64,000 nucleotides of DNA, taken from the NCBI GenBank assembly GCA_964652185.1, contig CAZZDD010000004.1:258-64257 (forward strand), in the 5' to 3' direction. The translations under genes were made by a program, and so were the position numbers. The stretch is from an uncultured Candidatus Peribacteria bacterium. Lineage in GTDB: Bacteria > Patescibacteriota > Gracilibacteria > Peribacterales > Peribacteraceae. Numbering within the stretch: the first letter of the stretch is position 1; every line of letters begins with the position of its first letter. This document shows, in pieces, positions 37,117 to 45,696 of this stretch. The notes below the pieces were generated by a model. It searched no databases, had not been told where the DNA came from, and worked only from the letters and a program-made list of their open reading frames with translations.

Positions 37117-37329
37117 ATGATGAAAATGATGCTTGCCAGGCTTCTCGACAAGCTGCCATGGACCTGCTGGGCGGCGCTGTGTTGCTGGGCTATGGGGTTT
37201 GAGAGTTTCCCGCTCTGGCATGGGCTGACCGGATGTCGTGATGAGCCGAGGGGCACGGATAAGTGCTACTGCGGCAAGCGGTGCAAGTTCAGCAAAAGCG
37301 AGCCGCGAGATTGGAGCGAGGTGTTTTGA
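37117..37329 (+). CDS. Small Cys-rich membrane-associated protein
   Basis: MMKMMLARLLDKLPWTCWAALCCWAMGF...CYCGKRCKF. Confidence 0.4.
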   Translation: MMKMMLARLLDKLPWTCWAALCCWAMGFESFPLWHGLTGCRDEPRGTDKCYCGKRCKFSKSEPRDWSEVF

Positions 37330-37544
37330 TGACCCCAACCCTAACCCCACGTCAAGCGGAACTGCTGCGGAGCCTGCCGAGGGATGACAGCGTGCTTAGC
37401 GAGACAATCAGCGCCAGCAAGATTCCTTACACGGAATGGAACGATCTTTGGCACGCCGGAATCGTGACTGGCGAAGTCCGGTATTTGCTCACCGAGGCCG
37501 GGCGTGCCCTGTGGGACGAACTGAACAAGGAGAAGAGCCAATGA
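37329..37544 (+). CDS. Hypothetical small protein
   Basis: TGATG overlap. 71 aa. Confidence 0.45.
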   Translation: MTPTLTPRQAELLRSLPRDDSVLSETISASKIPYTEWNDLWHAGIVTGEVRYLLTEAGRALWDELNKEKSQ

Positions 37545-38095
37545 CCACGACACGGCGGAAGGGCGGAGCGGCGACGAGCACGGTGGAGCTGAGCAAGCCC
37601 GAGGCATACTTGCTTGCGGACATCGCGAAAGCCGGGTTCGGCGGAATGCAAGTTCCAAAGCAAAAGGCCCGTCTGGCTAGGCTCTTGATGAAACAAGGGC
37701 TGGCTTACGAGTCGCGCCACGTGGAGTTTTTGATGTACCCCACGACCAAGGGCCGCCGTCTCGCCGGCCGGGCGGAGTTGAGCGGGGGGAAGGGGGCAAT
37801 TAAGATGGGGGGCTCTACCAAGCCTGGGAGCCGCAAATTGGCCGCACGTCCGCACGCTAAGACTGACACAAGCACCTATTCCGGTCGGCTGGGGCTTGCC
37901 ATCCGCAAGCGCCGGCAAGACATCGGCGTGTCAGTAGCGGACATCGTGACGGCCCTGAATGTCGCTGGCTTCAATCTCCAGGCTCCGGCGGTCTACAACT
38001 GGGAAACCGGCGTAAACCCGATCCCGATGAACGCCATGCCGACGCTCGCCAAAGTCCTAAAGACGACGGTTCACGAGCTGCTGCCGCCCAAATAA
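37541..38095 (+). CDS. XRE-family HTH protein (C-terminal HTH)
   Basis: GRLGLAIRKRRQDIGVSVADIVTALNVAGFNLQAPAVYNWETGVNPIPMNAMPTLAKVLKTTVHELL. ATGA overlap. Confidence 0.65.
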   Translation: MTTTRRKGGAATSTVELSKPEAYLLADIAKAGFGGMQVPKQKARLARLLMKQGLAYESRHVEFLMYPTTKGRRLAGRAELSGGKGAIKMGGSTKPGSRKLAARPHAKTDTSTYSGRLGLAIRKRRQDIGVSVADIVTALNVAGFNLQAPAVYNWETGVNPIPMNAMPTLAKVLKTTVHELLPPK

Positions 38096-38131
38096 TTTTG
38101 GGAAATCCATATCTACCAATACGAGAATACG

Positions 38132-38159
38132 TTGACAGGTTCTCTATTAATGGTAGAAT
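38132..38159 (+). promoter_or_regulatory. Sigma70-like promoter candidate TTGACA-N16-TAGAAT
   Basis: TTGACA at 38132-38137 and TAGAAT at 38154-38159, followed by a GGAGGG RBS and the ATG at 38204. Confidence 0.45.
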
Positions 38160-38203
38160 TAGACCCGTCGATTGGACGATACAAGCTGCACGGAGGGCGC
38201 GTC

Positions 38204-38779
38204 ATGGCAAAGACAGTCTGGTGGGTTTACGCGTTTGCGGAACCAGTCACGCAAGCCGTTCGATACGTAGGGTGTGCGATGGAGCCATACAAGCGACTGC
38301 AAGTGCATATGTCATGCTTGAACGTACACAACCCGGAGTTGAATGACTGGCTCAAGAGCCTGCGAAAACAAAGGACAATCCCGAGCATTATGTTGCTCGA
38401 AAAGCTGACCTTCAATGCGAGGATGCGAGGTCAACGCGAGAAACACTGGATCGAGAAGTTCCACGCCGAAGGATGCAAACTGTTCAACAAGCAACTGCAC
38501 CCTGGCTGGGTGTCGCCAATCAAGGGGGTTCTCAATCCAAACAGCCATGCGGGCCGCATCCGTGCTGCTTGTGAAAAACTTGGCTGGGATGCGCCGCTGC
38601 AAGCGATTCAGCAAGAGGTCGGCCCAGTCGTGCATTACTTGAAGCTCTGCAATCGTTCATGGAATGGTGAGCGATGGGTTGATGCAAAGAGGCCAAAGAA
38701 ATACCTGCTGCCCCTGGATTACATCTGCACGATTCGCTGCCAAGGCCCACGATATTCCAAGACCGTCGAAGGAACCTAA
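38204..38779 (+). CDS. GIY-YIG nuclease-like protein (freestanding homing-endonuclease-like), paralog of 29330-29737
   Basis: VWWVYAFAEPVTQAVRYVGCAMEPYKRLQVH...NDWLKSLR...REKHWIEKFH. AT-richer than its neighbours. Confidence 0.6.
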   Translation: MAKTVWWVYAFAEPVTQAVRYVGCAMEPYKRLQVHMSCLNVHNPELNDWLKSLRKQRTIPSIMLLEKLTFNARMRGQREKHWIEKFHAEGCKLFNKQLHPGWVSPIKGVLNPNSHAGRIRAACEKLGWDAPLQAIQQEVGPVVHYLKLCNRSWNGERWVDAKRPKKYLLPLDYICTIRCQGPRYSKTVEGT

Positions 38780-38832
38780 CCCCACCACCCCCGCGACTGA
38801 CGCGGGCCGAATCGAGACAAAGGAGCCCCATC

Positions 38833-39069
38833 ATGCCAGACACGCCCGAAGCATCGAAGATGCTGGATTGGCGACAAGACTCGTGCGAGCTTCGCGCAGC
38901 CAGCCCATTCACCGACGGCGAAGACCCGCTTGATTACGTCCTCGTGTGGGACGGAACGCTCTGGTTCGCATCGTTCGAGAACTCGCCAATCTGCGACGGC
39001 ACCCTCCTCTCCTGCATCAACGCCTGCCAGGCAGACGCGGACAAAGCGAAACAGGAGCAACGGACATGA
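38833..39069 (+). CDS. Hypothetical protein
   Basis: 78 aa. Its stop overlaps the next ATG. Confidence 0.4.
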   Translation: MPDTPEASKMLDWRQDSCELRAASPFTDGEDPLDYVLVWDGTLWFASFENSPICDGTLLSCINACQADADKAKQEQRT

Positions 39070-39296
39070 GCAACAATTCAGACATTTCCGAGCAGTACGC
39101 ATTCCCAAAGCCAGACTGCGATCAGCTTCACGCTCAAACGGGCATGACGCTGCGTGACTACTTCGCGGCGGCGGCCCTGAATGCTATCGACCTCCGCGAC
39201 TTAACCACTTCCGGGCAAGCGCTGGAAGCAGCGGTAGCCATCACCGCGTACAGAATTGCCGACGCGATGCTCGCCGCACGCAAGGAGTCCCCATGA
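39066..39296 (+). CDS. Hypothetical protein
   Basis: ATGA overlaps at both ends. MSNNSDISEQYAF... Confidence 0.4.
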   Translation: MSNNSDISEQYAFPKPDCDQLHAQTGMTLRDYFAAAALNAIDLRDLTTSGQALEAAVAITAYRIADAMLAARKESP

Positions 39297-39469
39297 GCGA
39301 GCAAGTGCGGCGGAGGCGTCGCTATACGGCTGCACCAGACGACAATAGGTGCGAGCAAGACATCGTGTTGAAAGACAAAAGCCACGCCCGTTGCATGAAG
39401 CGAAAGGCTCCAAACAGTCGCTTCTGTGTCCAGCATGCCGCCATCCAATCAGCAAAGGGCCAGACATGA
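39293..39469 (+). CDS. Small basic Cys/His protein (58 aa, below the track cutoff)
   Basis: ATGA overlaps at both ends. ...NRCEQD...HARCMKRKAPNSRFCVQH. Confidence 0.35.
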   Translation: MSEQVRRRRRYTAAPDDNRCEQDIVLKDKSHARCMKRKAPNSRFCVQHAAIQSAKGQT

Positions 39470-39789
39470 GCGAGCACACGAAGACGCCGTGGCGCACCGG
39501 AATTGGCAACCTCATTGTCTTCGACAGAGATGGCTACGCGGTCGCCAACGCGACTGTGTTTCACAGAAAAAAAGAAGATGGTGAAAGCGCCGCCAACGCC
39601 GCCCACATCGTGAAGTGTGTGAACTCCCACGACGCCCTGGTGGCGGCGGTGAGACGAAGCAAATGGCGACTGTTGGAACAGACGAAGACGCACCAAGAAG
39701 ATTGCGTCTGCCCGCTGTGCATCGACTTGCGAGAAGCCGACGCCGCCCTGGCCCTCGCCGAGCCGCAACCGAAGCAAGGAAAGGAGTGA
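39466..39789 (+). CDS. Hypothetical protein
   Basis: MSEHTKTPWRTGIGNLIVFDRDGYAVA... Confidence 0.45.
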   Translation: MSEHTKTPWRTGIGNLIVFDRDGYAVANATVFHRKKEDGESAANAAHIVKCVNSHDALVAAVRRSKWRLLEQTKTHQEDCVCPLCIDLREADAALALAEPQPKQGKE

Positions 39790-39792
39790 AGG

Positions 39793-40047
39793 ATGGGGTT
39801 CATCAATCTGCGAACAACGAAGTGCATCATCACCGGGAGACCGGCTGAGTATTTCGCAGGACACGTGTTGGCCCATGTTCACTTGGGACCGCTCGGTCAC
39901 TGTGAGCCAACGATAATCCCCACACCCGTTACGGCCGGCTGGGCGGACATTCCAACGATGAATGCTCACACACCCAAAGACTACTACGGCTGCTACGGCG
40001 AGTGGAAGCCAGAGTACGGAATCGAGGTAGACACGGACAACGACTAG
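39793..40047 (+). CDS. Hypothetical protein
   Basis: 84 aa. Confidence 0.4.
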   Translation: MGFINLRTTKCIITGRPAEYFAGHVLAHVHLGPLGHCEPTIIPTPVTAGWADIPTMNAHTPKDYYGCYGEWKPEYGIEVDTDND

Positions 40048-40078
40048 ACCCGCCGCGTGCCGGCGAACAACAAGGAGA

Positions 40079-40300
40079 GTGGGGATGGCAAAGACTGCGA
40101 AGATGAAAGTCGTGTGCGGATGCTTTGAAGTAGTCAACGCGGAGCTGAAGAAGCAAGGTACTAGCTTGCGCCGCGACCTTGTGTTGAACCGTGAGACGAT
40201 GGTGGCCGAGTGGACGAAACGAGCTTTCATCGCGACCGAGAAGAAAAGCGATAACCTCATGGCAACGTACTGCCCATTCTGCGGAAAGAAATACAAATGA
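40079..40300 (+). CDS. Small Cys-containing protein
   Basis: VVCGCFEV...YCPFCGKKYK. GTG start at 40079, or ATG at 40085. Confidence 0.4.
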   Translation: MGMAKTAKMKVVCGCFEVVNAELKKQGTSLRRDLVLNRETMVAEWTKRAFIATEKKSDNLMATYCPFCGKKYK

Positions 40301-40428
40301 CCCGCCTCCTCCTCATCCTCACGTTGTTCACCGGCTGTGCCACCCCACGCTCCGAGCTTGCCGTAGAGGCGCGGTTCGAGGAAGACAAACCAGTTATCGC
40401 TGCCAGCTACAAGGCGATCATCCCATGA
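40297..40428 (+). CDS. Putative 43-aa lipoprotein (below the track cutoff)
   Basis: MTRLLLILTLFTGC carries a lipobox-like LFTGC. ATGA overlaps at both ends. Confidence 0.35.
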   Translation: MTRLLLILTLFTGCATPRSELAVEARFEEDKPVIAASYKAIIP

Positions 40429-40604
40429 AAAATGCAGACCTGTTGAAAGACCTGCTCGAAGGAGTCCAGCGCAACCTGCGTGCAGCGGAAGGATTCAGCA
40501 ACCCCGACTTAATCAAGCTGCGAGTCGGAATGGCGAGAGAATACCTGGACACGTTCCTTGCGGAAATGTTCAAGCAGGCAGTAGAGGAAACGAGTTCGCC
40601 ATGA
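40425..40604 (+). CDS. Hypothetical small protein
   Basis: MKNADLLKDLLEGVQRNL... Confidence 0.35.
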   Translation: MKNADLLKDLLEGVQRNLRAAEGFSNPDLIKLRVGMAREYLDTFLAEMFKQAVEETSSP

Positions 40605-40933
40605 CCCCGCACATTCAATTCAAGCAAGCCTTCGATGACACCGAAGCTCCCGTCGAAATCGAGTGGGACATCGCCTACGCCCCAGCCGGCGAGCGGTTCG
40701 CCATTCGGGAGATGTCGGTGGAAGCAATCTGGCTTTGGCTCGGTGACGTGGCATTCAAGGTAGAGCGATTACGCACCGAGCGGGTCAATGGCGAGTCCAT
40801 CACGTTCGACGCCTACCGTGAAGCCGAGCGGAAGTTCGGCCCGCTGCTCGACTTGGAATCGGTGCTTGAGAAGTGTGCGGAGGATTGGACTGGGGCTGGG
40901 CATGTTACTTCGGAAGAGAGGGAGGTGGCATGA
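40601..40933 (+). CDS. Hypothetical protein
   Basis: 110 aa. ATGA overlap. Confidence 0.45.
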   Translation: MTPHIQFKQAFDDTEAPVEIEWDIAYAPAGERFAIREMSVEAIWLWLGDVAFKVERLRTERVNGESITFDAYREAERKFGPLLDLESVLEKCAEDWTGAGHVTSEEREVA

Positions 40934-41373
40934 TGAATCTGGAAACAATTGAAAGCGACCCCATCACGGGCGAAGTCATCGACATGAAGGACGCGGACCA
41001 GTTAATCACGTCTCTCAAGCGGTTGAAGATGCGCATGGACATCTTGTCCGCTTGGAAGGCGCGATTCGAGGATGCGATTGCCGCACTGGCGGCGCACAAA
41101 GACCGCACGGAGCGAGTCGCCGGAGCGGAACACGTCGCCAAGATTGAGTGGCCTGGCACGGAGTTTGACTCCACCGTGACCAAGAAGCTGTGGGAGCACT
41201 ACCCGCAGTTCCGCGACAAGTTCCTGCGCATCGAAAGAGTCGGAGTGCAGCGGCGCGAGTATGACAAACTCACTCGCACGAACGGGACGGAAGAGTTTGA
41301 AATGTTCAAGAAGGCGCTGATGGGCTGCGAGCGGCAGAGCCAACGACGCCCGGCAATCAAAATCGAGGCTTGA
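40930..41373 (+). CDS. Hypothetical protein upstream of the ERF gene
   Basis: ATGA overlap. 147 aa. Confidence 0.5.
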   Translation: MMNLETIESDPITGEVIDMKDADQLITSLKRLKMRMDILSAWKARFEDAIAALAAHKDRTERVAGAEHVAKIEWPGTEFDSTVTKKLWEHYPQFRDKFLRIERVGVQRREYDKLTRTNGTEEFEMFKKALMGCERQSQRRPAIKIEA

Positions 41374-41377
41374 TTCT

Positions 41378-42226
41378 ATGGTCATGCATGCAAACATTCA
41401 CGAAGCGAAAATCGCCGTGATGGCCGCCGTCGAATACGTCAAAAAGACCGGCGAGATGAAGCAAGGCGCTCAGTACAAGTACGTCACGGTGGACGACGTG
41501 ATCGCCAAGTTGCGACCGGCAATGGTGGAACACGGCATCCACTTCGCGCCGACCGCGATGAACGTGATGCACCAAGAGCAATACCAAACATCACGCGGCA
41601 CGTTGATGAACCGCGTCATCCTGGGAGTCGGATACCGTCTCTCGCACGTCAGCGGAACATTCGAGGATGGGTTTGCCGTGGGTGAAGGTTCCGACTCCGG
41701 CGACAAGGCGTGCAACAAAGCGATGACCGCCGCCAAGAAATACGCCCTGCTGCAATCGTTCTGCTTGGAAACGGGCGAAGACGACCCGGACCACGATCCA
41801 TCCTCCGAACAAGAGCGGGATCGCACTAAGAACGGCAGCGCCAAGGGAAGCAGCAAGACGAACTGCAAGGGCGCATCGAACGGAGCGCCGACGAAGCTCC
41901 AAGAGTTCCACGCCAAGCTCGTTTCTCTGAAGCCGGGCCAGCTCGTGGAGAAGATCGTCAACTTCGACGAGCAACCGGACAAGGCAATCGCGCACTTCGG
42001 CAGCAAGGACGACGCGGACGTGGCGCGGGCTGCCGTGGTATCGGAGCTTTACAAGAAGCTCGACATCGACGTGGGATTTCAGAGCGTGCCGAACAAGGTG
42101 GAGACGTTCTCCAAGTGGTTCGAGGAAAACGCCCAACAATTCTTGGCACCGCTTCAGGTGGACACCTTACGCGCCAAGATTGACCGCCAGCGCAAAACGG
42201 CGCAGGAGTCGGCGGACAAGATGTAA
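41378..42226 (+). CDS. erf: ERF-family single-strand annealing recombinase
   Basis: GAQYKYVTVDDVIAKLRPAMVEHGIHF...GSDSGDKACNKAMTAAKKYALLQSF is typical of the ERF family. Confidence 0.75.
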   Translation: MVMHANIHEAKIAVMAAVEYVKKTGEMKQGAQYKYVTVDDVIAKLRPAMVEHGIHFAPTAMNVMHQEQYQTSRGTLMNRVILGVGYRLSHVSGTFEDGFAVGEGSDSGDKACNKAMTAAKKYALLQSFCLETGEDDPDHDPSSEQERDRTKNGSAKGSSKTNCKGASNGAPTKLQEFHAKLVSLKPGQLVEKIVNFDEQPDKAIAHFGSKDDADVARAAVVSELYKKLDIDVGFQSVPNKVETFSKWFEENAQQFLAPLQVDTLRAKIDRQRKTAQESADKM

Positions 42227-42330
42227 CAAAGGAGTCTCGTTGAGGCGTTCCCCTACTACGAGATATGGGGACGCCCACCGCCGCACTGTGGATGCGCAAG
42301 TCGTTTCCAAGTTGCAACCAGTGCGGCAAC

Positions 42331-42404
42331 AGCCCCATAGCTCAACTGGATAGAGCAGCCGCGTTCTAAGCGGTCGGTTGTCGGTTCAAATCCGGCTGGG
42401 GCGA
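42331..42404 (+). tRNA. tRNA-Arg (anticodon TCT)
   Basis: Hand-folded cloverleaf. D-arm GCTC-AACTGGATA-GAGC. Anticodon arm GCCGC-GTTCTAA-GCGGT. T-arm GTCGG-TTCAAAT-CCGGC. Acceptor AGCCCCA/TGGGGCG with an A1:G72 mismatch. No encoded CCA. Confidence 0.8.
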
Positions 42405-42488
42405 ATGGAAGACTGATGGAGCATCGAGGAAATCAGGACGGGCCGCACGGTTGGCGGCAGCGTGGGATACGCAACTAGCGAGGGGAAA

Positions 42489-43460
42489 ATGAGCGAAGAG
42501 CTTTCGATTGACTCCGAGTTCTCGGAGTTGGGCTGGCCGTTATCCGACGAGGAGCGCCGCCTGCTCCGCGAAAACCTGTTGGAGCACGGGTGCCGCGACC
42601 CGATTCTCGTCTGGGCAAATCACGACAACGTGATCCTGGACGGCCACAACCGCTACTCGATTTGCACGGCAGAGGAAATCTCCTACAAGGTCAAGGCCAT
42701 TCGGCTGGAGACCCGCCAAGACTGCATTGACTTCATTTGCAACCTGCAACTGAGCCGGCGCAACAGTTCCGAACAGCACAAGATGTACCTGCGCGGGAAG
42801 CGGTACAACGCAGAAAAACTGGAGCGTGGGAGGCCATCAGTTAATTCGGAAGGGCCTTCCGAATTAACTCGGGCGTCCGACCTCGCCGAAGAAGTCGGCG
42901 TGTCTTCTCGCACGCTTCAGAAGGACGGCCAGTTTGCAGAGGCCGTAGACGAACTCGCCAAGCCAGTCAAAGACGCTGTAATGTCCGGCGACCTCAAGGC
43001 GAGCCGTGCGGACGTGCAAGCCCTCGCGGAGCTTCCCAAGTCTGAGCAGCGCAAGGTGGTTGCGGCCGTTCAGTCTGGAGAGGCCAAGAGCGTGAAGGAC
43101 GCCATTGCACCTCCGCCAGCAGAAGACAAACCGGCTGCGAAAGACAAGATTGGCGGCGAGGTGCCCAAGCATCTTGAGTCCGTCGCGGGCGATACCACGT
43201 TCGCCGATGCAGTCGCAACGCTTAACAAGGTCAAGAAGGCGATCCGGTCGAAAGCGACCCCGCCGTTCAATCAGTTCTTGGACATCGAAAAGGTTGTCAC
43301 GGGCATCGATCAAGCAAGGAACTGTCTGGTCAACGCGCAGTTCTTCTGTGTGTGTCCGAAGTGTAGCGGAGCCAAGAGGGGGTGCGGCGAGTGTCGCCGT
43401 GCGGGCTGGGTGCCGCTGTGGCGCAAGCAGGAAATGGAAATCCACGCGAGGGGCAAGTAA
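42489..43460 (+). CDS. ParB N-terminal-domain protein with a C-terminal zinc ribbon
   Basis: PILVWANHDNVILDGHNRYSIC. C-terminal CVCPKCSGAKRGCGECRRAG. An alternative GTG start lies at 42462. Confidence 0.7.
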   Translation: MSEELSIDSEFSELGWPLSDEERRLLRENLLEHGCRDPILVWANHDNVILDGHNRYSICTAEEISYKVKAIRLETRQDCIDFICNLQLSRRNSSEQHKMYLRGKRYNAEKLERGRPSVNSEGPSELTRASDLAEEVGVSSRTLQKDGQFAEAVDELAKPVKDAVMSGDLKASRADVQALAELPKSEQRKVVAAVQSGEAKSVKDAIAPPPAEDKPAAKDKIGGEVPKHLESVAGDTTFADAVATLNKVKKAIRSKATPPFNQFLDIEKVVTGIDQARNCLVNAQFFCVCPKCSGAKRGCGECRRAGWVPLWRKQEMEIHARGK

Positions 43461-44962
43461 TGGACCTGCGGCCTTACCAAGTCGATGCCATCAATCGTCT
43501 GCGGTCGCTGGTCGGCGGCGGCAAGAAGCGATTGATCCTGCAAATGACAACCGGCGGCGGCAAAACAGTCTGTGCTGCGGAACTCATTCGCTTGGCGGTA
43601 TCCAAGGGCAAACGAGTCTTGTTCCTGGCGCATCGCCGCGAGTTGGTCCGCCAGTGTGCCGACAAGCTGCGAGCGTTTGGAGTTACCCATCAAGTCATCA
43701 TGGCAGATCAGGACACCGGGCGCGTGCTGGTCACTTACTCCAATCCCGTTCAAGTGGCGAGCAAGGACACGCTATGGTCGCGGGCAATGCGAAGTAAGCG
43801 TATCGACCTGCCGCCAGCCGATTTGGTGATTTGCGACGAAGCACACCGCAGCCTGTCCAAGACGTGGGTGGCGCTCATCAACAAGTATCCCGAAGCCACC
43901 GTGATCGGTTTGACGGCTACTCCATCACGCAAAGATGGTAGCGCCATGGGTTCGATCTATGACGACATGGTGAAGGCCATTTCGTGCCAGGAGTTGATTA
44001 GCGGTGGCTACCTTGTCCCGTTCAAGGTGTTTGCACCGTACCGCCCGAGCCTCAAAGGCGTGAAGGTGGTAGCCGGGGACTACAACAAGGTGCAGCTCGA
44101 GGAGCGGATGGACAAGGTAGAGCTTGTTGGCGACATCGTGGCGAACTGGAAGGAGTTGGCTGGCGATCGTCAAACCATCGTGTTCGCGTCCGGCATCGAA
44201 CACTCGATGCATATCTGCCAGGAGTTCACACGGGCCGGTGTGACGGCGGTGCATGTAGACGGAGAGACGCCGCCTGATGAGCGTGACGAATCGTTCAAGA
44301 TGGTGATGAATGGCGACGTGCAGGTTCTCTGCAATTGCGACGTATGCGTAGAGGGAACGGACCTCCCGCCAGTGTCGTGCATCGTGCTGGCGAGACCTAC
44401 GAAGAGCATCGTGCGATACAAACAAATGGTGGGGCGCGGAATGCGGCCGTGGCCTGGAAAGGAACACGCCGTATTATTGGACCACGCAGGGTGCGTCTAC
44501 TTTCATGGCTTCCCTGAAGACGACGTGGAGTGGTCGCTTGAGGGCGGCAAAGTCGAAGAGCGAACCGCCGCCAAGAAAAAGGCAAAAGGGGAATCCGAGC
44601 CGATCATTTGCAAGAAGTGCCACTGTGCGTTTCGGAATGGCTCGCGGTGCCCAAACTGCGGCGCGGAAGTGAAAGTGCGAAAGCCGAAGGCGGTCAAGAC
44701 GAAGGATGGATCGCTCACCGAACTCAAGCGTGGCGAGACCTATCAGGCGACCCGTGAAGAGAAGCAGCGATTCTGGCACTACTGCTTGGGCGTGACGGCC
44801 AATCGCGGCCAGACGCTCCGCGTGGCGGCAGGGATGTACAGCGGACACTTTGGAGAACCGCCTTGGAAAACGTCAGATATGTCGCACATGCCTGCCCGTA
44901 ATCAGTGGCAGAGCCGCACCTGCGATGTATTCCCGCACTTTGTGAAAGAGAGGGTCAGGTGA
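43460..44962 (+). CDS. Superfamily-2 DEAH-box DNA helicase
   Basis: MTTGGGKT (Walker A), ICDEAHRS, GLTATP and QMVGRGMRP. C-terminal CKKCHC...CPNC zinc ribbon. TAATG overlap. Confidence 0.85.
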   Translation: MDLRPYQVDAINRLRSLVGGGKKRLILQMTTGGGKTVCAAELIRLAVSKGKRVLFLAHRRELVRQCADKLRAFGVTHQVIMADQDTGRVLVTYSNPVQVASKDTLWSRAMRSKRIDLPPADLVICDEAHRSLSKTWVALINKYPEATVIGLTATPSRKDGSAMGSIYDDMVKAISCQELISGGYLVPFKVFAPYRPSLKGVKVVAGDYNKVQLEERMDKVELVGDIVANWKELAGDRQTIVFASGIEHSMHICQEFTRAGVTAVHVDGETPPDERDESFKMVMNGDVQVLCNCDVCVEGTDLPPVSCIVLARPTKSIVRYKQMVGRGMRPWPGKEHAVLLDHAGCVYFHGFPEDDVEWSLEGGKVEERTAAKKKAKGESEPIICKKCHCAFRNGSRCPNCGAEVKVRKPKAVKTKDGSLTELKRGETYQATREEKQRFWHYCLGVTANRGQTLRVAAGMYSGHFGEPPWKTSDMSHMPARNQWQSRTCDVFPHFVKERVR

Positions 44963-45228
44963 AAGAGGTAGAACGATTCGTGCTGGACGGAATGGCGTTT
45001 TTCGTGCTTCGCCACGAAGACAGCGGCGAGTTCCTTGGCGCGTTCTTCACGTTCGACGAAAAGGAGTGCCCGGACTATTGGACGGCGTTTGGTGCCTGTC
45101 TGACGCGAAAGCAACACGTCGAATCGCCGCGTGCGAAATCGATTCAGGAAGCTAAGGAGGCCATCGTGCGAGCGTATCGCGACGGATGGAGCAGGGAGAG
45201 CCCAGAACAGCGTCACAAGTGGAATTAG
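44959..45228 (+). CDS. Hypothetical protein
   Basis: GTGA overlap. 89 aa. Confidence 0.4.
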   Translation: MKEVERFVLDGMAFFVLRHEDSGEFLGAFFTFDEKECPDYWTAFGACLTRKQHVESPRAKSIQEAKEAIVRAYRDGWSRESPEQRHKWN

Positions 45229-45237
45229 GAGATCGAC

Positions 45238-45486
45238 ATGAGCGAAGAACTGAAGCGATTGAGCGGCCTGTGGCTGAAGGACGGCAAGAAGGGCAAGTTC
45301 ATGTCCGGCTCGCTGAACTCGGAAGCGATGGATTGGATTCAAAACAACGGCCCTTGCAAGCTGCTCATTTTCAAGAACGACCGCAAGAAGAACGACAAGC
45401 ACCCGGACTATTACTTGCACGCCGCACCGCAAGAAGATCGCGGAGGAGGTGGGTATAGCAACGATTCACAGAACGACACTTTCTGA
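45238..45486 (+). CDS. Small protein with a Gly-rich linker and an acidic, Phe-terminated tail
   Basis: ...HPDYYLHAAPQEDRGGGGYSNDSQNDTF. Lies between the helicase and primase genes. Confidence 0.5.
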   Translation: MSEELKRLSGLWLKDGKKGKFMSGSLNSEAMDWIQNNGPCKLLIFKNDRKKNDKHPDYYLHAAPQEDRGGGGYSNDSQNDTF

Positions 45487-45696
45487 CCCAATCGGTGAAA
45501 CAGCCACTGATTGGCAGGACGGCTTGAGTCCCGCCGCCGAGCGCCGAGGCCAGCAGGTACAGCGACAAGAGCGGGAGCAAAACGCAACGGACACCGGCCG
45601 GAGTAGCATCCGTGGCCCCTGTTGCGAGGAGCAAAGGCGAGGGGCTGGTGGAGGCACCAGTGATGCGGCCTTAACAGCGGAGACGGGAGGGGGGCG

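Noticed and set aside
42331-42404. tRNA-Arg as the integration (att) site of the prophage
   Set aside because: It lies 14 kb from the integrase, in the middle of co-oriented phage replication genes, and is a complete tRNA rather than a duplicated 3' fragment.
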